From the IMG/VR virus record IMGVR_UViG_3300019874_000012, positions 1-40,213 of that record: DNA of 40,213 nt; one strand, written 5' to 3'. Under the pieces are notes generated by a model, which was given only the letters and a program-made list of their open reading frames with translations, did not search any database and was not told the DNA's origin. The position numbers and the translations under genes are program-made. The DNA is from a virus. Its lineage: Duplodnaviria; Caudoviricetes. Positions 1 to 9,842 of this stretch are shown here, one piece after another (the stretch's first letter is position 1; every line of letters begins with the position of its first letter).

Positions 1-140
1 TGTTTTGCGGGGTTTATCGATGAAGAAAGAGATGTTTATCTTCTTTATCCCTCTATTGGAGATGTTAGGCCAGCTCTCGTTGCGCTAGGATCATCTGATA
101 GGATTCTAGTATCTAACTTTGAAGAAGATAATTTTGCCAC
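1..140. repeat. Terminal direct repeat, left copy (circular assembly overlap)
   Basis: 1-140 matches 40074-40213 except at positions 7 (G vs T) and 131 (A vs T). Confidence 0.95.
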
Positions 141-978
141 TTATCGAATTCCCCTTTCATGCATGGGTAATTTTCAGGTAGCTTTTGCCATCTTATGGTC
201 TGACTTAACAGCGGCTAAGGGTTTTCCTAATTGGGATACTTTAGCCGAGAAATATGGCAATTGGAATAGCTTTCCTTTCTCAACAGGAACTCCGGTTGCT
301 ATAGGAGGAGGACATAAGGGTGAAATCTGGAGACTTAATGATACTCAAAATGAATACAATCCTCTGAAAATCAGAGGATTGACTGTCATAAATGGAAATA
401 CCCTTAGAGTCACAACTGATTGGAATAACTATAATCTTGGAGACAATATTGTTTTTGAGTCTGTAGGCGGAATGGTTCAGGTAAATGACAAACAAGCTGC
501 CATAAAGGCTATTGTAACACCTTACAACGTTTTTGATGTTGAGATACAGACTATGGGATTCTCTGCTTATACAGATGGCGGAATTGCTGCTAAAACGATT
601 TTCTTTGATGTTGAGTCCAAAAAGCTAAATCCTTGGGTTGAATCTGATAAAAAGATTAAATGTGGATGGATTTATTTCTATGTGACAGTAGCAGAAACAG
701 ATTTAACAGATGGAAATGGCTTGCCGGTTCCAGCATTTTTGACTATCGATGTATTAACAAATAACAACGAAGGGACAGATTTCTCAAACCCAACATTTAC
801 ATATCAAGTGGATTGTTCGCCGATTAACAATGAAAGAGGCGGAAAGAAATGGGTCAAGATTTGGATCAATCAAGTGGGACAGTTTTTACAGTTTCGAATG
901 AGAAATAACCAAGCAGGGGCAAATATTCAAGTGCATGCAATGATGCCAGGATTTGCGCCTTTAGGAAGGATTATATGA
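1..978 (+). CDS. C-terminal part of the tail hub / DNA-stabilisation protein (P22 gp10-like), continuing from 38862 across the circular join; contains an FCCH-like beta domain
   Basis: Frame is open from base 1 (TGT TTT GCG GGG TTT...) into ORF 163..978 and is the same frame as ATG 38862 once the 140-bp overlap is removed, giving ~729 aa. It lies after the adaptor genes and before the ejection genes. Confidence 0.75.
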   Translation, partial: CFAGFIDEERDVYLLYPSIGDVRPALVALGSSDRILVSNFEEDNFATYRIPLSCMGNFQVAFAILWSDLTAAKGFPNWDTLAEKYGNWNSFPFSTGTPVAIGGGHKGEIWRLNDTQNEYNPLKIRGLTVINGNTLRVTTDWNNYNLGDNIVFESVGGMVQVNDKQAAIKAIVTPYNVFDVEIQTMGFSAYTDGGIAAKTIFFDVESKKLNPWVESDKKIKCGWIYFYVTVAETDLTDGNGLPVPAFLTIDVLTNNNEGTDFSNPTFTYQVDCSPINNERGGKKWVKIWINQVGQFLQFRMRNNQAGANIQVHAMMPGFAPLGRII

Positions 979-1256
979 GTTCAAATCTGCCGCTTAGTCG
1001 AAATTGGGGACAAGCATCAAAGTCAGAAAATCCTCTTTTGATCAATGAATTGGATGATATGTATTTTGATATTGCAAATGCACTCAGTCCTTTAGTAAAA
1101 AAGAACATTATATCAGGAGCAAATCCTCCTGCAAATGATCAAAGAAACTCATTGTTTTCGATTGGAGATATTACGGTAAGAACAGATACAAATGCGGCTT
1201 GGATTATGACTTCTAGGACAACACCTAATGCAGTCACTTGGACTCTTATAACTTAA
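975..1256 (+). CDS. Small virion protein, hypothetical
   Basis: 93 aa ORF with an ATGA overlap to the upstream gene, inside the structural operon. Confidence 0.6.
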   Translation: MSSNLPLSRNWGQASKSENPLLINELDDMYFDIANALSPLVKKNIISGANPPANDQRNSLFSIGDITVRTDTNAAWIMTSRTTPNAVTWTLIT

Positions 1257-1274
1257 ATGTAAAGCGGCTTTACA
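1256..1274. promoter_or_regulatory. Palindromic element AATGTAAAGCGGCTTTACA, copy 1
   Basis: TGTAAAG-CGG-CTTTACA dyad, intergenic, identical over 19 bp to 12307-12325. Confidence 0.6.
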
Positions 1275-1286
1275 AAGGAAAAAATT

Positions 1287-1928
1287 ATGCCTAAACCAAG
1301 TTGGAGTGGAGGAGCGGGAGGTGCCGTTTCAGGAGCAGCAACAGGATCAGCTTTTGGTCCTATTGGTACTGCAGTTGGAGGAGTCGCGGGATTCTTCGGT
1401 GGTCTATTTGGAGGTGGAAAGAAGAAGAAAAAGAAGAAAGTTTCTACCCTAGATAAGAAACAACAAGAATTAAATGACACTCAGCATAATGCAGTCATGG
1501 GAAAAGGCCCCCTTGCTGACTTATATAACTACGATCCTAAAGCTGCAAACTCAGTATTTGATCAAACAATTGCTAATCCTTCTTGGAGAAATTTTCAAGA
1601 AAAAGGGGCGCCAACAATAACAGGATCTTTCCGCAATCAAGGATTGCAGAATTCATCTTATGTTGGAGATGCATTATCAAAAGCCGGTAGAGATATCCAA
1701 GAAACTTTAAATGGCGAAAGATCTAAATATCTTTATGGAGAGCAAAAAGATACAAAAAATGCTAAGAGAAATGCTGTTGAAAATCTACAAAATCGTCAAA
1801 CGTTTGCCTATGATCAAGCAGCACCAAGTGGCGGGGGCGGAATAGATAACATTCTTAAATCACTTACTCCTGATGCTTTGGAAGGAATTAAAGATTTCTT
1901 AGTCAATAAAACGCCTGGAGGAGTCTAA
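1287..1928 (+). CDS. Putative DNA ejection / internal virion protein (P22 gp7-like position)
   Basis: Gly/Ala-rich N-terminus (GAVSGAATGSAFGPIGTAVGGVAGFFGG) followed by a Lys run and an Asn/Gln-rich helical body, typical of podovirus pilot proteins; AAGGA RBS. Confidence 0.6.
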   Translation: MPKPSWSGGAGGAVSGAATGSAFGPIGTAVGGVAGFFGGLFGGGKKKKKKKVSTLDKKQQELNDTQHNAVMGKGPLADLYNYDPKAANSVFDQTIANPSWRNFQEKGAPTITGSFRNQGLQNSSYVGDALSKAGRDIQETLNGERSKYLYGEQKDTKNAKRNAVENLQNRQTFAYDQAAPSGGGGIDNILKSLTPDALEGIKDFLVNKTPGGV

Positions 1929-2953
1929 TGCCTAGCGCACAAGTCATCAATACAACTCGTGATAAGCCAGATCCAACACAAATCGAGCAATTCTTTTCTA
2001 AATTAGGGAAAGATTATAGAGATAAACAGGATAAAAATGACGTCAATAAGCTTTTAAATGAATATCAACAAAATAGACAAGATGCCAATGCTTGGGAAGA
2101 TCTACAACTCGGTCTAGAAAAGAGCAATATCTCACCTACTAAAAGACTAGAAGTTCAGCAAAACTTAAATGAAATGCAGAAGGGTATCATACAGAAAGAT
2201 AAAGCCCTGAACGCCCATGTTAAAAGCCAATATGATAATGCTCAAAAAAAATTAGAAGATGAGCAAAAAATACTTAAACAGAAAAAAGATGAACAAGAAA
2301 AATTAGATAAGTCAATAAAAACATCTGATGAAGTTAGGGAGATTTTGATTCAGGGAGGAGAAACTCCTCAAGAAGCTGTAAGACTTTCTAAAATCCTATC
2401 GCCTTCATCTGCAAATGCTCGTGCTAAACAAAATAATGAAGTTAAGAAAATTGATGCTAAACAAGCTCAAATAAATAAAGAAGAAGAACATTCAAAACAG
2501 ATTACTCAAAAGGCATATAATGAAATTGTTCAACTCATTCCAAAGGCTGGAAGAGGAACAGGAGCTTTAAGTGTTTTTGGAGGGGAAAATGCTAAAACAT
2601 TTGGAGAATTTACTTCTCTAACAGGTGCTCTAGAATCTTTACTTCTTGAAAAAGTTAACCGTGGAACACTTTCTAACGTGCGTTTTAAATATATTACTGA
2701 AACTCTTTTGCCGAAACCTACGGATACTAAGAATGAAATTAAAGGAAAAATGAAGGGATTATCTACTATACTTGAATTAGATCCATCTGAACTAGATAAG
2801 TTAGAAAATAAAGGATCAAAAAAAGAATCCTCAAAATCTGAAGTTCCAGAAGGAAAAGTTAGAGTTAAAATTAAAGGAAGTAATCCTCCTAAATATGGAT
2901 CTGTAACACCTTATGAGGGAATGGAAGCCAAATATGACATCATTAGTAAATAA
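1928..2953 (+). CDS. Putative ejection protein, coiled-coil
   Basis: 341 aa K/E/Q-rich helical ORF, TAATG-coupled; second gene of the ejection cluster. Confidence 0.55.
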   Translation: MPSAQVINTTRDKPDPTQIEQFFSKLGKDYRDKQDKNDVNKLLNEYQQNRQDANAWEDLQLGLEKSNISPTKRLEVQQNLNEMQKGIIQKDKALNAHVKSQYDNAQKKLEDEQKILKQKKDEQEKLDKSIKTSDEVREILIQGGETPQEAVRLSKILSPSSANARAKQNNEVKKIDAKQAQINKEEEHSKQITQKAYNEIVQLIPKAGRGTGALSVFGGENAKTFGEFTSLTGALESLLLEKVNRGTLSNVRFKYITETLLPKPTDTKNEIKGKMKGLSTILELDPSELDKLENKGSKKESSKSEVPEGKVRVKIKGSNPPKYGSVTPYEGMEAKYDIISK

Positions 2954-5645
2954 TAAAAAAGACGATTTTGTACAGGATGATTTCGAATCAGATACACCTA
3001 TAACTAACGAATCACAAGATGATTTTGTAGAAGATGATTTTGAACCCGAAGAACCTGAAAAAAATAAGACTAAAGATTTAGGTTGGTTAGAAAAGAAATT
3101 TTCACCTGAAGGTCAAAGATTAGAAGCTAAAGAAAATAGAAACTTTGCAAAAGGAATTACTTCAGGAGTTTTTGCAGGATTTTCTGAAATGGTTCCTGGA
3201 CTAGAAGTTGAAGATACAGTTGCAAAAGGTCAAACTGGAAAATTAATAGGATCTTTTCTTCCTCTTGGATTAGGAGCTAAGGCTATAGCATATCCATTAA
3301 AAGCTGCTGCATCTTTATCGCCTAAGTTTGTAAAACCCCTTCAATCATTAGGAAATTTATTAGGACTTTCTGCTGCTGGAGGTTTATATGAAGGGCTAGA
3401 AGAATCAGCAGAAAAATCTATAGAAAAAGGGGAATTTGTACCACCCTCACCTGAAACAATTCTTGAACAAGGTGGAAAATGGGCGGCTTTAGATATAACA
3501 TTAAGAAGTTTAGGCTGGACAGGTAGATTTGCAAGAGCTTTGTATGATAAATCTTATAATCTTGGAATCCCAGCAATGGATCTTCTTGAGAATGTTACTA
3601 GATATGCGGGAAGTGGAGATAAAGCAGTCGAAAAAGCGCTTTCAGTTTTAGAAGATAAACCAGTTCAAGCTATTGAAAAAGAAATTACTTTATCTAAAGC
3701 TAAAATCCCGGAAAAGACTGAATTATTAGCTAAAGAAAATTTTGATACTAGGGTTCAACAACGTTCACAAGATCTAAGAAGTAGAAAGATAGATCAAAAA
3801 GATTTCACAAAACTTGAAGAAGGTGCGGCTTCTGCACCAGAGCCATATCTTCCAAAGGAATTTGAATCCGAAGTGTTAGCAGAACAAGTTTTAGAAAATG
3901 ATCTTTCTCAAAGAATTGATAATGTTTCTCAGCGCGCAGTATCAGAAAAAGCTTTTGGTCAAAACATTCAACAAGATATCGAAAGATCTATAGCAACTCA
4001 TCAGAAGGAAACAGATGCCCTTTATGATATAGCTAAAGATGTTGAAAGCACTAAGACTCCAAGTGTTAAAAAAACTGCTAATTCTATTGTACAGCAACTA
4101 CAAAAGATAGAATCTGGGGGCTTGAACCTAACTCCTGAAGGATATAATAAAGCTAAGAAACAATTACTGGATGTTCTTGCAGATTTAGGTTATGGCGTTG
4201 AGACAGGAAAAGATGGGCTTATTGTGAGAGCTATTGAAAATACTCGACAGCCGTTATCTAAACTTGTAGAAATAAAAAAGAGACTTAACAAAATAATCAA
4301 CTACGATCTTTTAGATACTAGCGCTCAAGATTTTTTAAAAGGCCCTGTAAATGAATTAAGGGGAGAGATTAGGCAGGGATATGGGGCTAAGAATTCCAAA
4401 GCTAGAAAAGCTTTTGAACAAGCTGAAAAGCAATTTGGTGAATTTGCAGAGAAGAAAGGAAAGAAATCTATTAGAGCTACAAGAGCTTCAGAAAAACCAG
4501 AATCTTTGGCAAAAACTATTAGAACGCCCTCTGGTCTTGCAGATATCAAAGAAGTTGTTTCGAAAGAACAATTCGCCCAAGTTGAGCGTGAATTGTTAGA
4601 ATTTATGAATACACAAGATCAGCAAAGAGTTGCTTCATTATATCGAGAACTTCGACCTTCTTTGACTGAAAATACTAGAGCTATTGTTGAAGAGATGATT
4701 GAGTCAAAAGCTCCTGCTTCATCTCCAACACGTAAGATTGCGCAAAGAAATGCCATACAAAAGAAAGCTTTGGATGATATTGCTCAAGCAACATTAACTG
4801 GTCAAAGGCCAAAAGCAGCGTTAGATCTGTGGAAAACAAAAGAAGGCCAACAATTAATCAAGCAATCTTTAGAAAACAATCCAAATAAGGAAGAAGTTCT
4901 AAAATATCTTCAAGATCAGTCATTTAAAGATTTTTCTTCTTCCGTAATAATGCCTGATGGAAAGATTGATTTTAAAAAGTTGGATAGCTTTTTAAAAGAT
5001 CAAGCTACTGCTGAAAATATAAAGTTAGTGGCGGGGGAAGACGGGTTGACATTTTTTAAGCAATTAGAAACTTTGTCAAATCGCATAAAAAAAAATGCTT
5101 CTGTTATGGAAAATGTTATTGGTAAAGGAACTGCTTCAGATCGCAATAAAATTGAGAAAGAAATAGAAAAATTAGGAAAAAATAGATTGGAGGCCATCAA
5201 AAACAAAAAAAATGAACTGACGAAAGAAGAGAAAGTTTTTCAAGATAAGTTCAATAAAGATGCTATAAAGGAAAGAAAAGAAGCTGAACAGTCTAGAGAA
5301 AATTTAGGAAAAGAAAGATTTAAAAAGTCTAAACAAAAAACAGAAACTCAAAGAAAAGAACAAGTAGCAGCAGATGAAGCTAAAACAAAGTCTAACATTA
5401 TATATAAACTTGATGATTTAATCAGCAGTTATGGGTTAAAGGGAAAAGGATTATTAGCAGCTGTTGGAATATGGAAAATTGGAACTGTAGAAGGTCTTTC
5501 CTTGGCTGCATCTTATGAAATCTTCTCTAGATTAGCAAAAAACAAGTCAGTGCAATCTGCTATAAAAAGAGCTGCTGCACCAAATTCTAGTCCAGTTTCT
5601 TTAATACAATCCTTAATTTCCATAGAAAAAGAAATGGATAAATAG
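2934..5645 (+). CDS. Large putative ejection / internal virion protein (P22 gp16-like position)
   Basis: ~903 aa (ORF track starts at 2913; ATG 2934 is an alternative start) with acidic N-terminal repeats (DDFVQDDFE / DDFVEDDFE), Gly/Ala-rich amphipathic segments and an all-helical composition; last gene of the cluster. Confidence 0.55.
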   Translation: MTSLVNNKKDDFVQDDFESDTPITNESQDDFVEDDFEPEEPEKNKTKDLGWLEKKFSPEGQRLEAKENRNFAKGITSGVFAGFSEMVPGLEVEDTVAKGQTGKLIGSFLPLGLGAKAIAYPLKAAASLSPKFVKPLQSLGNLLGLSAAGGLYEGLEESAEKSIEKGEFVPPSPETILEQGGKWAALDITLRSLGWTGRFARALYDKSYNLGIPAMDLLENVTRYAGSGDKAVEKALSVLEDKPVQAIEKEITLSKAKIPEKTELLAKENFDTRVQQRSQDLRSRKIDQKDFTKLEEGAASAPEPYLPKEFESEVLAEQVLENDLSQRIDNVSQRAVSEKAFGQNIQQDIERSIATHQKETDALYDIAKDVESTKTPSVKKTANSIVQQLQKIESGGLNLTPEGYNKAKKQLLDVLADLGYGVETGKDGLIVRAIENTRQPLSKLVEIKKRLNKIINYDLLDTSAQDFLKGPVNELRGEIRQGYGAKNSKARKAFEQAEKQFGEFAEKKGKKSIRATRASEKPESLAKTIRTPSGLADIKEVVSKEQFAQVERELLEFMNTQDQQRVASLYRELRPSLTENTRAIVEEMIESKAPASSPTRKIAQRNAIQKKALDDIAQATLTGQRPKAALDLWKTKEGQQLIKQSLENNPNKEEVLKYLQDQSFKDFSSSVIMPDGKIDFKKLDSFLKDQATAENIKLVAGEDGLTFFKQLETLSNRIKKNASVMENVIGKGTASDRNKIEKEIEKLGKNRLEAIKNKKNELTKEEKVFQDKFNKDAIKERKEAEQSRENLGKERFKKSKQKTETQRKEQVAADEAKTKSNIIYKLDDLISSYGLKGKGLLAAVGIWKIGTVEGLSLAASYEIFSRLAKNKSVQSAIKRAAAPNSSPVSLIQSLISIEKEMDK

Positions 5646-5647
5646 GA

Positions 5648-5734
5648 TCAACTTTTGAAATCTTTCTCTGCAATAAGAAGAAAGTAAAAGCCTACGAATC
5701 CTAATACAAATATTTCGCAAATAGTATGAATCAT
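5648..5734 (-). CDS. 28-aa hydrophobic peptide MIHTICEIFVLGFVGFYFLLIAEKDFKS
   Basis: Read manually; its ATG overlaps the TGA of 5731..5931 (ATGA); one TM-like segment. Confidence 0.45.
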   Translation of the reverse strand: MIHTICEIFVLGFVGFYFLLIAEKDFKS

Positions 5735-5931
5735 TTCCCCTTATTCCTTTCCTCAATAGCGCACAGTCTTCCGTGGAAGTCCTTCATCTCTTGTTGGATG
5801 CCTAATAATATTTGAGTTGTCTCTTTGCGGTGTTCATCTATTTTCCTATCTGTTTGACAATATAAAGTGATTACAGTCCCCAAATTTGTGGCTATGACTG
5901 CAAATACTGTTATAATTTGTTCCCACTCCAT
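5731..5931 (-). CDS. Small membrane-anchored coiled-coil protein (EMKDFH-RL family), paralogue of 21031..21243
   Basis: GGAG RBS before MEWEQ (ATG 5931); N-terminal TM segment; C-terminus QQEMKDFHGRLCAIEE. Confidence 0.7.
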   Translation of the reverse strand: MEWEQIITVFAVIATNLGTVITLYCQTDRKIDEHRKETTQILLGIQQEMKDFHGRLCAIEERNKGK

Positions 5932-5952
5932 ATTTACTCCCATTTTCTTAAA

Positions 5953-6047
5953 ACAAGATGTTATCACATGTAAACACATCTTGTAAATGTCAAATAATTA
6001 CTTTACACCCATTTCGATGCATGGTATATGTAAAGAAATAATTTGAA
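5953..6047. promoter_or_regulatory. Divergent promoter region with operator-like dyads
   Basis: ACAAGATGT-N14-ACATCTTGT (5953-5984); GTCAA-N8-TTTAC (5989-6006) and an inverted copy GTAAA-N8-TTGAA (6030-6047); TTTACA-N17-TATATG possible -35/-10. Confidence 0.5.
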
Positions 6048-6064
6048 TATCTGCGGAGGCAATA

Positions 6065-6679
6065 ATGGCTGAATTAAATTTACGTACGCCGAATGGTTAT
6101 GATGGACAACCGGCAACACAACATAAAATGGGTATCGTTCGATTAGCTACAGATGCTGAAGCTACGGCAGGTACATCAAATAGGGTAGCATTAACACCTT
6201 CAAATGGAGTTTTAGCCATTCCTAATGCTAGCACTACTGTTAGAGGGATTGTATTTCTTGCAACAGATGCAGAAGCGGTTGCAGGTGTAAATACTACTGA
6301 TGCCATTGTCCCTTCTTCTTTAACTGCTAGATTAGCAGCACCAGGAGCTATCGGTGGAACAACTCCAGGGGCTGGAGCTTTCACAACACTTACTTCGACA
6401 GGTATTACAACATTGGGTTCAGGTGCTGGAGTAGCTTCTAAATTAGGTAATACCACAGGCACTTTAGGTTTCTTTGGTTCAACAGGGGCTACAAGAGTTA
6501 CACAAGGAGCTATTACAAATAGCGTAACTGCTGGTGGGGTAACAGGCACTATTGCTGATTACACTGATCTTTCTGTTTATGCTAATGATTCTGCAGCGAT
6601 TAGAAACGATATATATCAACTTTCATTGGCTTTGGCAAATGTTGTTGGCGCATTAAGAAGTTACGGATTATTAGCATAA
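6065..6679 (+). CDS. Head/tail fibre-like virion protein
   Basis: Two GIV(R/F)LATDAEA(T/V)AG fibre repeats; Gly/Thr-rich; GGAGG RBS. Confidence 0.65.
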   Translation: MAELNLRTPNGYDGQPATQHKMGIVRLATDAEATAGTSNRVALTPSNGVLAIPNASTTVRGIVFLATDAEAVAGVNTTDAIVPSSLTARLAAPGAIGGTTPGAGAFTTLTSTGITTLGSGAGVASKLGNTTGTLGFFGSTGATRVTQGAITNSVTAGGVTGTIADYTDLSVYANDSAAIRNDIYQLSLALANVVGALRSYGLLA

Positions 6680-6689
6680 GAGGGTCAAT

Positions 6690-7028
6690 ATGTCAGCCAA
6701 GAAAGTTTACTTTGACTCCTTAAGATCTTTAGCATTTGGAGGAATTTCAGGAACATATGCAGCTGTAGGAACTCCTTTAACAGTTGAAGCTAGAATCATA
6801 TGTTTTACAAACAAAACTGCTGGAGATGTGATCTTCAGCACTGATAGTACAAATACTAATGGGATGATTTTTGTACCTGCTGGATCATTTAAATTATTTG
6901 ATCTAACGGCAAATTTAGTTCCTGGTAAAGATGATAATTTCGTCATTGCAAAAGGCACTCAATTTTACGTTAAACAAGTCACTGCACCTGTAAGTGGAGC
7001 TGTATACATTGAACTTGTCTACGCATAA
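6690..7028 (+). CDS. Small beta-rich virion protein, hypothetical
   Basis: 112 aa ORF with GAGGG RBS in the fibre operon. Confidence 0.6.
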   Translation: MSAKKVYFDSLRSLAFGGISGTYAAVGTPLTVEARIICFTNKTAGDVIFSTDSTNTNGMIFVPAGSFKLFDLTANLVPGKDDNFVIAKGTQFYVKQVTAPVSGAVYIELVYA

Positions 7029-7677
7029 AAAAACTGAAGTAGATTTAAGGGTCGCTCAGGAATTAAAGAATAATCAAGATTTCATCTATCAGACGAATCA
7101 ATCCCTGCAATCTTTAAGTCAGGGAATTATATCTCTTTCTTTACAATTTGAAAAAAGTAAGGGCAAATTAGAAAGTGATCATAAAGCTTTACAAATCAAG
7201 TTCGAAAATCTAGAGAAAAAGGTCTTAGAAGAATGCGATGAAACGGGATATCTAATAGCAGATTATGCGAAAGCTATTATAGATTTGACTGAAGATTTAA
7301 CTAAAAAATTCGAAGATGTCTATAAAACTCTAACTTCTATTGAAGATCATAAAAATCTAGCTTGCAAGGTAGAAGATCAAATTTTATCTATAGAGAAGAA
7401 AACTTTAATTGATCGCTCTTATACGCAATCCGCTTTCATTCTTTTAAAGGCTCAATTAGACGAACAGAACTCATCTATACGCAAAGATCTTGAGCCAAAG
7501 ATACCTGAAGTAGACCCAATTCAAAAAGCTTTTGATGAGCGATTTAAACCTATACAAACAGATATCAATGGATTCATCAAGGAAGTGGGGTTATTAAAGA
7601 AAGCTGTTACGTATGCTGAGAAGAAGTTTGAGAATATCTATACCCTCATTGAAAGATTGAAAGAAGGCAAGAAATGA
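6994..7677 (+). CDS. Coiled-coil hypothetical protein
   Basis: 227 aa heptad-rich ORF that fills the gap; ATGA overlap with the next gene; start uncertain. Confidence 0.55.
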   Translation: MELYTLNLSTHKKTEVDLRVAQELKNNQDFIYQTNQSLQSLSQGIISLSLQFEKSKGKLESDHKALQIKFENLEKKVLEECDETGYLIADYAKAIIDLTEDLTKKFEDVYKTLTSIEDHKNLACKVEDQILSIEKKTLIDRSYTQSAFILLKAQLDEQNSSIRKDLEPKIPEVDPIQKAFDERFKPIQTDINGFIKEVGLLKKAVTYAEKKFENIYTLIERLKEGKK

Positions 7678-9542
7678 GTCAAGCAGGCGAAATTGATGTC
7701 TTAGGTAATCATCCAGAGATTCCAACAGAATTTATAGCAAATTCTGGTACGGCTATTCCTATTGCTAATACCATAGAACTTTTAGGTGCAGTAGTTGCAG
7801 CGGGCGCCAATCCTTTTAGGTCTATTGCTTCAGGAAATACTGTTACATATCAAGTTCAATATGCTTCAGCTTCTCCAACTTCTAATCCATTGCTTGCAGG
7901 TATTGCTTCATTTGATTCTGCTTCATTTGCCGTTGATGCAAATGGATTTGTTACTCTTACAAGTTCAGGAGCACCGGTTTTATCAGTAAGTGGAACAGCT
8001 AATAGAATTACTTCTACAGGCGGACAAAATCCCATAATTGATATCTCGGCAGCTTATGTTGGACAGACTTCTATTACCACTCTAGGAACTATTACAACAG
8101 GAGTATGGAATGGAACTGCAGTAAATGAAACGCATGGGGGTACGAATCAAACCACATATGCTGCAGGGGATTTATTATATGCTTCAGCAATTAATACCCT
8201 ATCAAAACTTGCAGCCACAACTAATGGTTTTGTTTTAACACTTTCTGCAGGTTTACCAGTTTGGTCAGCAGCGGCAGCAGGTACTGTAACAAGTGTTTCG
8301 GGAACTGTTAATAGAATTACTTCTACGGGGGGAGCAACTCCTGTTATAGATATTTCAGCTTCTTATGTAGGTCAAACATCCATAACAACTTTAGGCACGA
8401 TTGCAACAGGTGTTTGGAATGGTACAGCTGTAGATGCTACTCATGGTGGGACAAACCAAACAACATATGCTACTGGTGATATACTTTATGCCTCTGGCGT
8501 TAATACTTTAGCAAAACTTGCTGCTGGATCAAATACGCAGGTCTTGACTTTAGCAGGTGGCGTTCCTACATGGGCAAGCCCAACAACAGGAACAGTTACT
8601 AGCGTTACTGGAACTGCAAATCAAGTAGCTGTGGCAAATGGAACCACTACACCAGTTATATCACTAATAGGCCCTTATACGCCTGCTACATATACGGCTC
8701 ATGGAGTTTTAATAGGTGAAGGAACCTCTAGTATTGTAGCATTAGCAGCAGGAAGTTCTGGTCAAGTTTTGCAAAGCGGCGGTGCTAGCTCAGATCCTTC
8801 TTATTCAACAGCTACTTTTCCATCTACCGCTACAGGAACTGGAAAAGTTTTAGTGGCTGATGGAACAAACTGGGTAGCTTCAACTCCTACTTTTCCTAAT
8901 GCTTCTGCTACTTCTGGAAAGATTATTCAAAGTGATGGAACTAATTGGGTAGCTTCGACAAACACTTATCCTAATACAGCCACAACAGGCGATATATTAT
9001 ATGCTTCTGCAACTAATGTCATAGGATTTCTAGCAGATGTTGCAGTGGGGCAAGTGCTTATAAGTGGTGGCGTGGGAGCCGTTCCAGCATATAGTGCAAC
9101 TCCTACCGTTACTTCAATTACCTTTGGTTCTGGGACAGCATTATCTCAATATGTACAGGGAACATTTACTCCAACAATTGACAATTCTACAGGTTCACCT
9201 ACAGTTACATACACAAGTCAAATTGGAAGATATACTCGAATAGGTAATAGAGTATTTGTAGTAATAATCCTTGTATTAAATACTTATACTGCTGGAACAG
9301 GAAATGTCCAACTTAAAACATTACCTTACACTTCAGAAGCTACGACTAGTAATATCGGAGTTGTAACACTTGCGACTGTAACATTTGGAGCGGCAGTATT
9401 ATATTATAACAGCGTAGTTGGTAATAACGCTACTTTAGTAACTATACAGGGAATGAGAACAGGCCTAGGTGGTTTGAATTTAGATGCCGCAGGTCCAGCG
9501 GCAGGTGCTACTATAAGAATAAGTTTATCATACGAAGTTTAA
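7674..9542 (+). CDS. Tail fibre protein with internal 103-aa duplication
   Basis: Gly/Thr/Ala-rich; GDLLYASA / GGTNQTTY fibre motifs; C-terminal GTFTPT...GRYTRIGNRV receptor-binding-type domain. Confidence 0.8.
   Translation: MSQAGEIDVLGNHPEIPTEFIANSGTAIPIANTIELLGAVVAAGANPFRSIASGNTVTYQVQYASASPTSNPLLAGIASFDSASFAVDANGFVTLTSSGAPVLSVSGTANRITSTGGQNPIIDISAAYVGQTSITTLGTITTGVWNGTAVNETHGGTNQTTYAAGDLLYASAINTLSKLAATTNGFVLTLSAGLPVWSAAAAGTVTSVSGTVNRITSTGGATPVIDISASYVGQTSITTLGTIATGVWNGTAVDATHGGTNQTTYATGDILYASGVNTLAKLAAGSNTQVLTLAGGVPTWASPTTGTVTSVTGTANQVAVANGTTTPVISLIGPYTPATYTAHGVLIGEGTSSIVALAAGSSGQVLQSGGASSDPSYSTATFPSTATGTGKVLVADGTNWVASTPTFPNASATSGKIIQSDGTNWVASTNTYPNTATTGDILYASATNVIGFLADVAVGQVLISGGVGAVPAYSATPTVTSITFGSGTALSQYVQGTFTPTIDNSTGSPTVTYTSQIGRYTRIGNRVFVVIILVLNTYTAGTGNVQLKTLPYTSEATTSNIGVVTLATVTFGAAVLYYNSVVGNNATLVTIQGMRTGLGGLNLDAAGPAAGATIRISLSYEV
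7983..8600 (+). repeat. Tandem 309-bp diverged duplication within the tail fibre gene
   Basis: AATAGAATTACTTCTAC at 8001 and 8310; SVSGT.NRITSTGG..P.IDISA.YVGQTSITTLGTI.TGVWNGTAV repeated. Confidence 0.85.
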
Positions 9543-9551
9543 GAGGTTAAA

Positions 9552-9833
9552 ATGGATTTTTTCCAGGCTCAAGATTTTTTTAATCAGATGTATCCAGGAA
9601 AAGAAATAAAATACGAATTCGATGAAAAATGCCACCGCGTTCATGAATTGATTTATACTGATGGGAAACCTAATCAATATCATCAAGTAGAAAATAACAA
9701 AGTTAAGGTGACTGTTGAAGGTCAAGAGGCTGTTTATGTTTCAATTATGCCTCATAGAGAAACTTTCTCATGGGATGCGATCAAAAATGTAATTAATTCA
9801 AAGACTGAAGTCTTCATACAGGAACAATCTTAA
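9552..9833 (+). CDS. Hypothetical protein (possible fibre assembly chaperone)
   Basis: 93 aa, GAGG RBS, directly after the fibre gene; function inferred from position only. Confidence 0.55.
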   Translation: MDFFQAQDFFNQMYPGKEIKYEFDEKCHRVHELIYTDGKPNQYHQVENNKVKVTVEGQEAVYVSIMPHRETFSWDAIKNVINSKTEVFIQEQS

Positions 9834-9842
9834 GGAGACTAA

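Noticed and set aside
1418-1440. Poly-Lys run as a eukaryotic nuclear localisation signal
   Set aside because: Basic runs after Gly-rich N-termini are common in podovirus ejection proteins; nothing else supports nuclear targeting.
7983-8600. Diversity-generating retroelement TR/VR pair in the tail fibre
   Set aside because: Differences are mostly synonymous and not adenine-specific, both copies are in-frame coding, and there is no reverse transcriptase.
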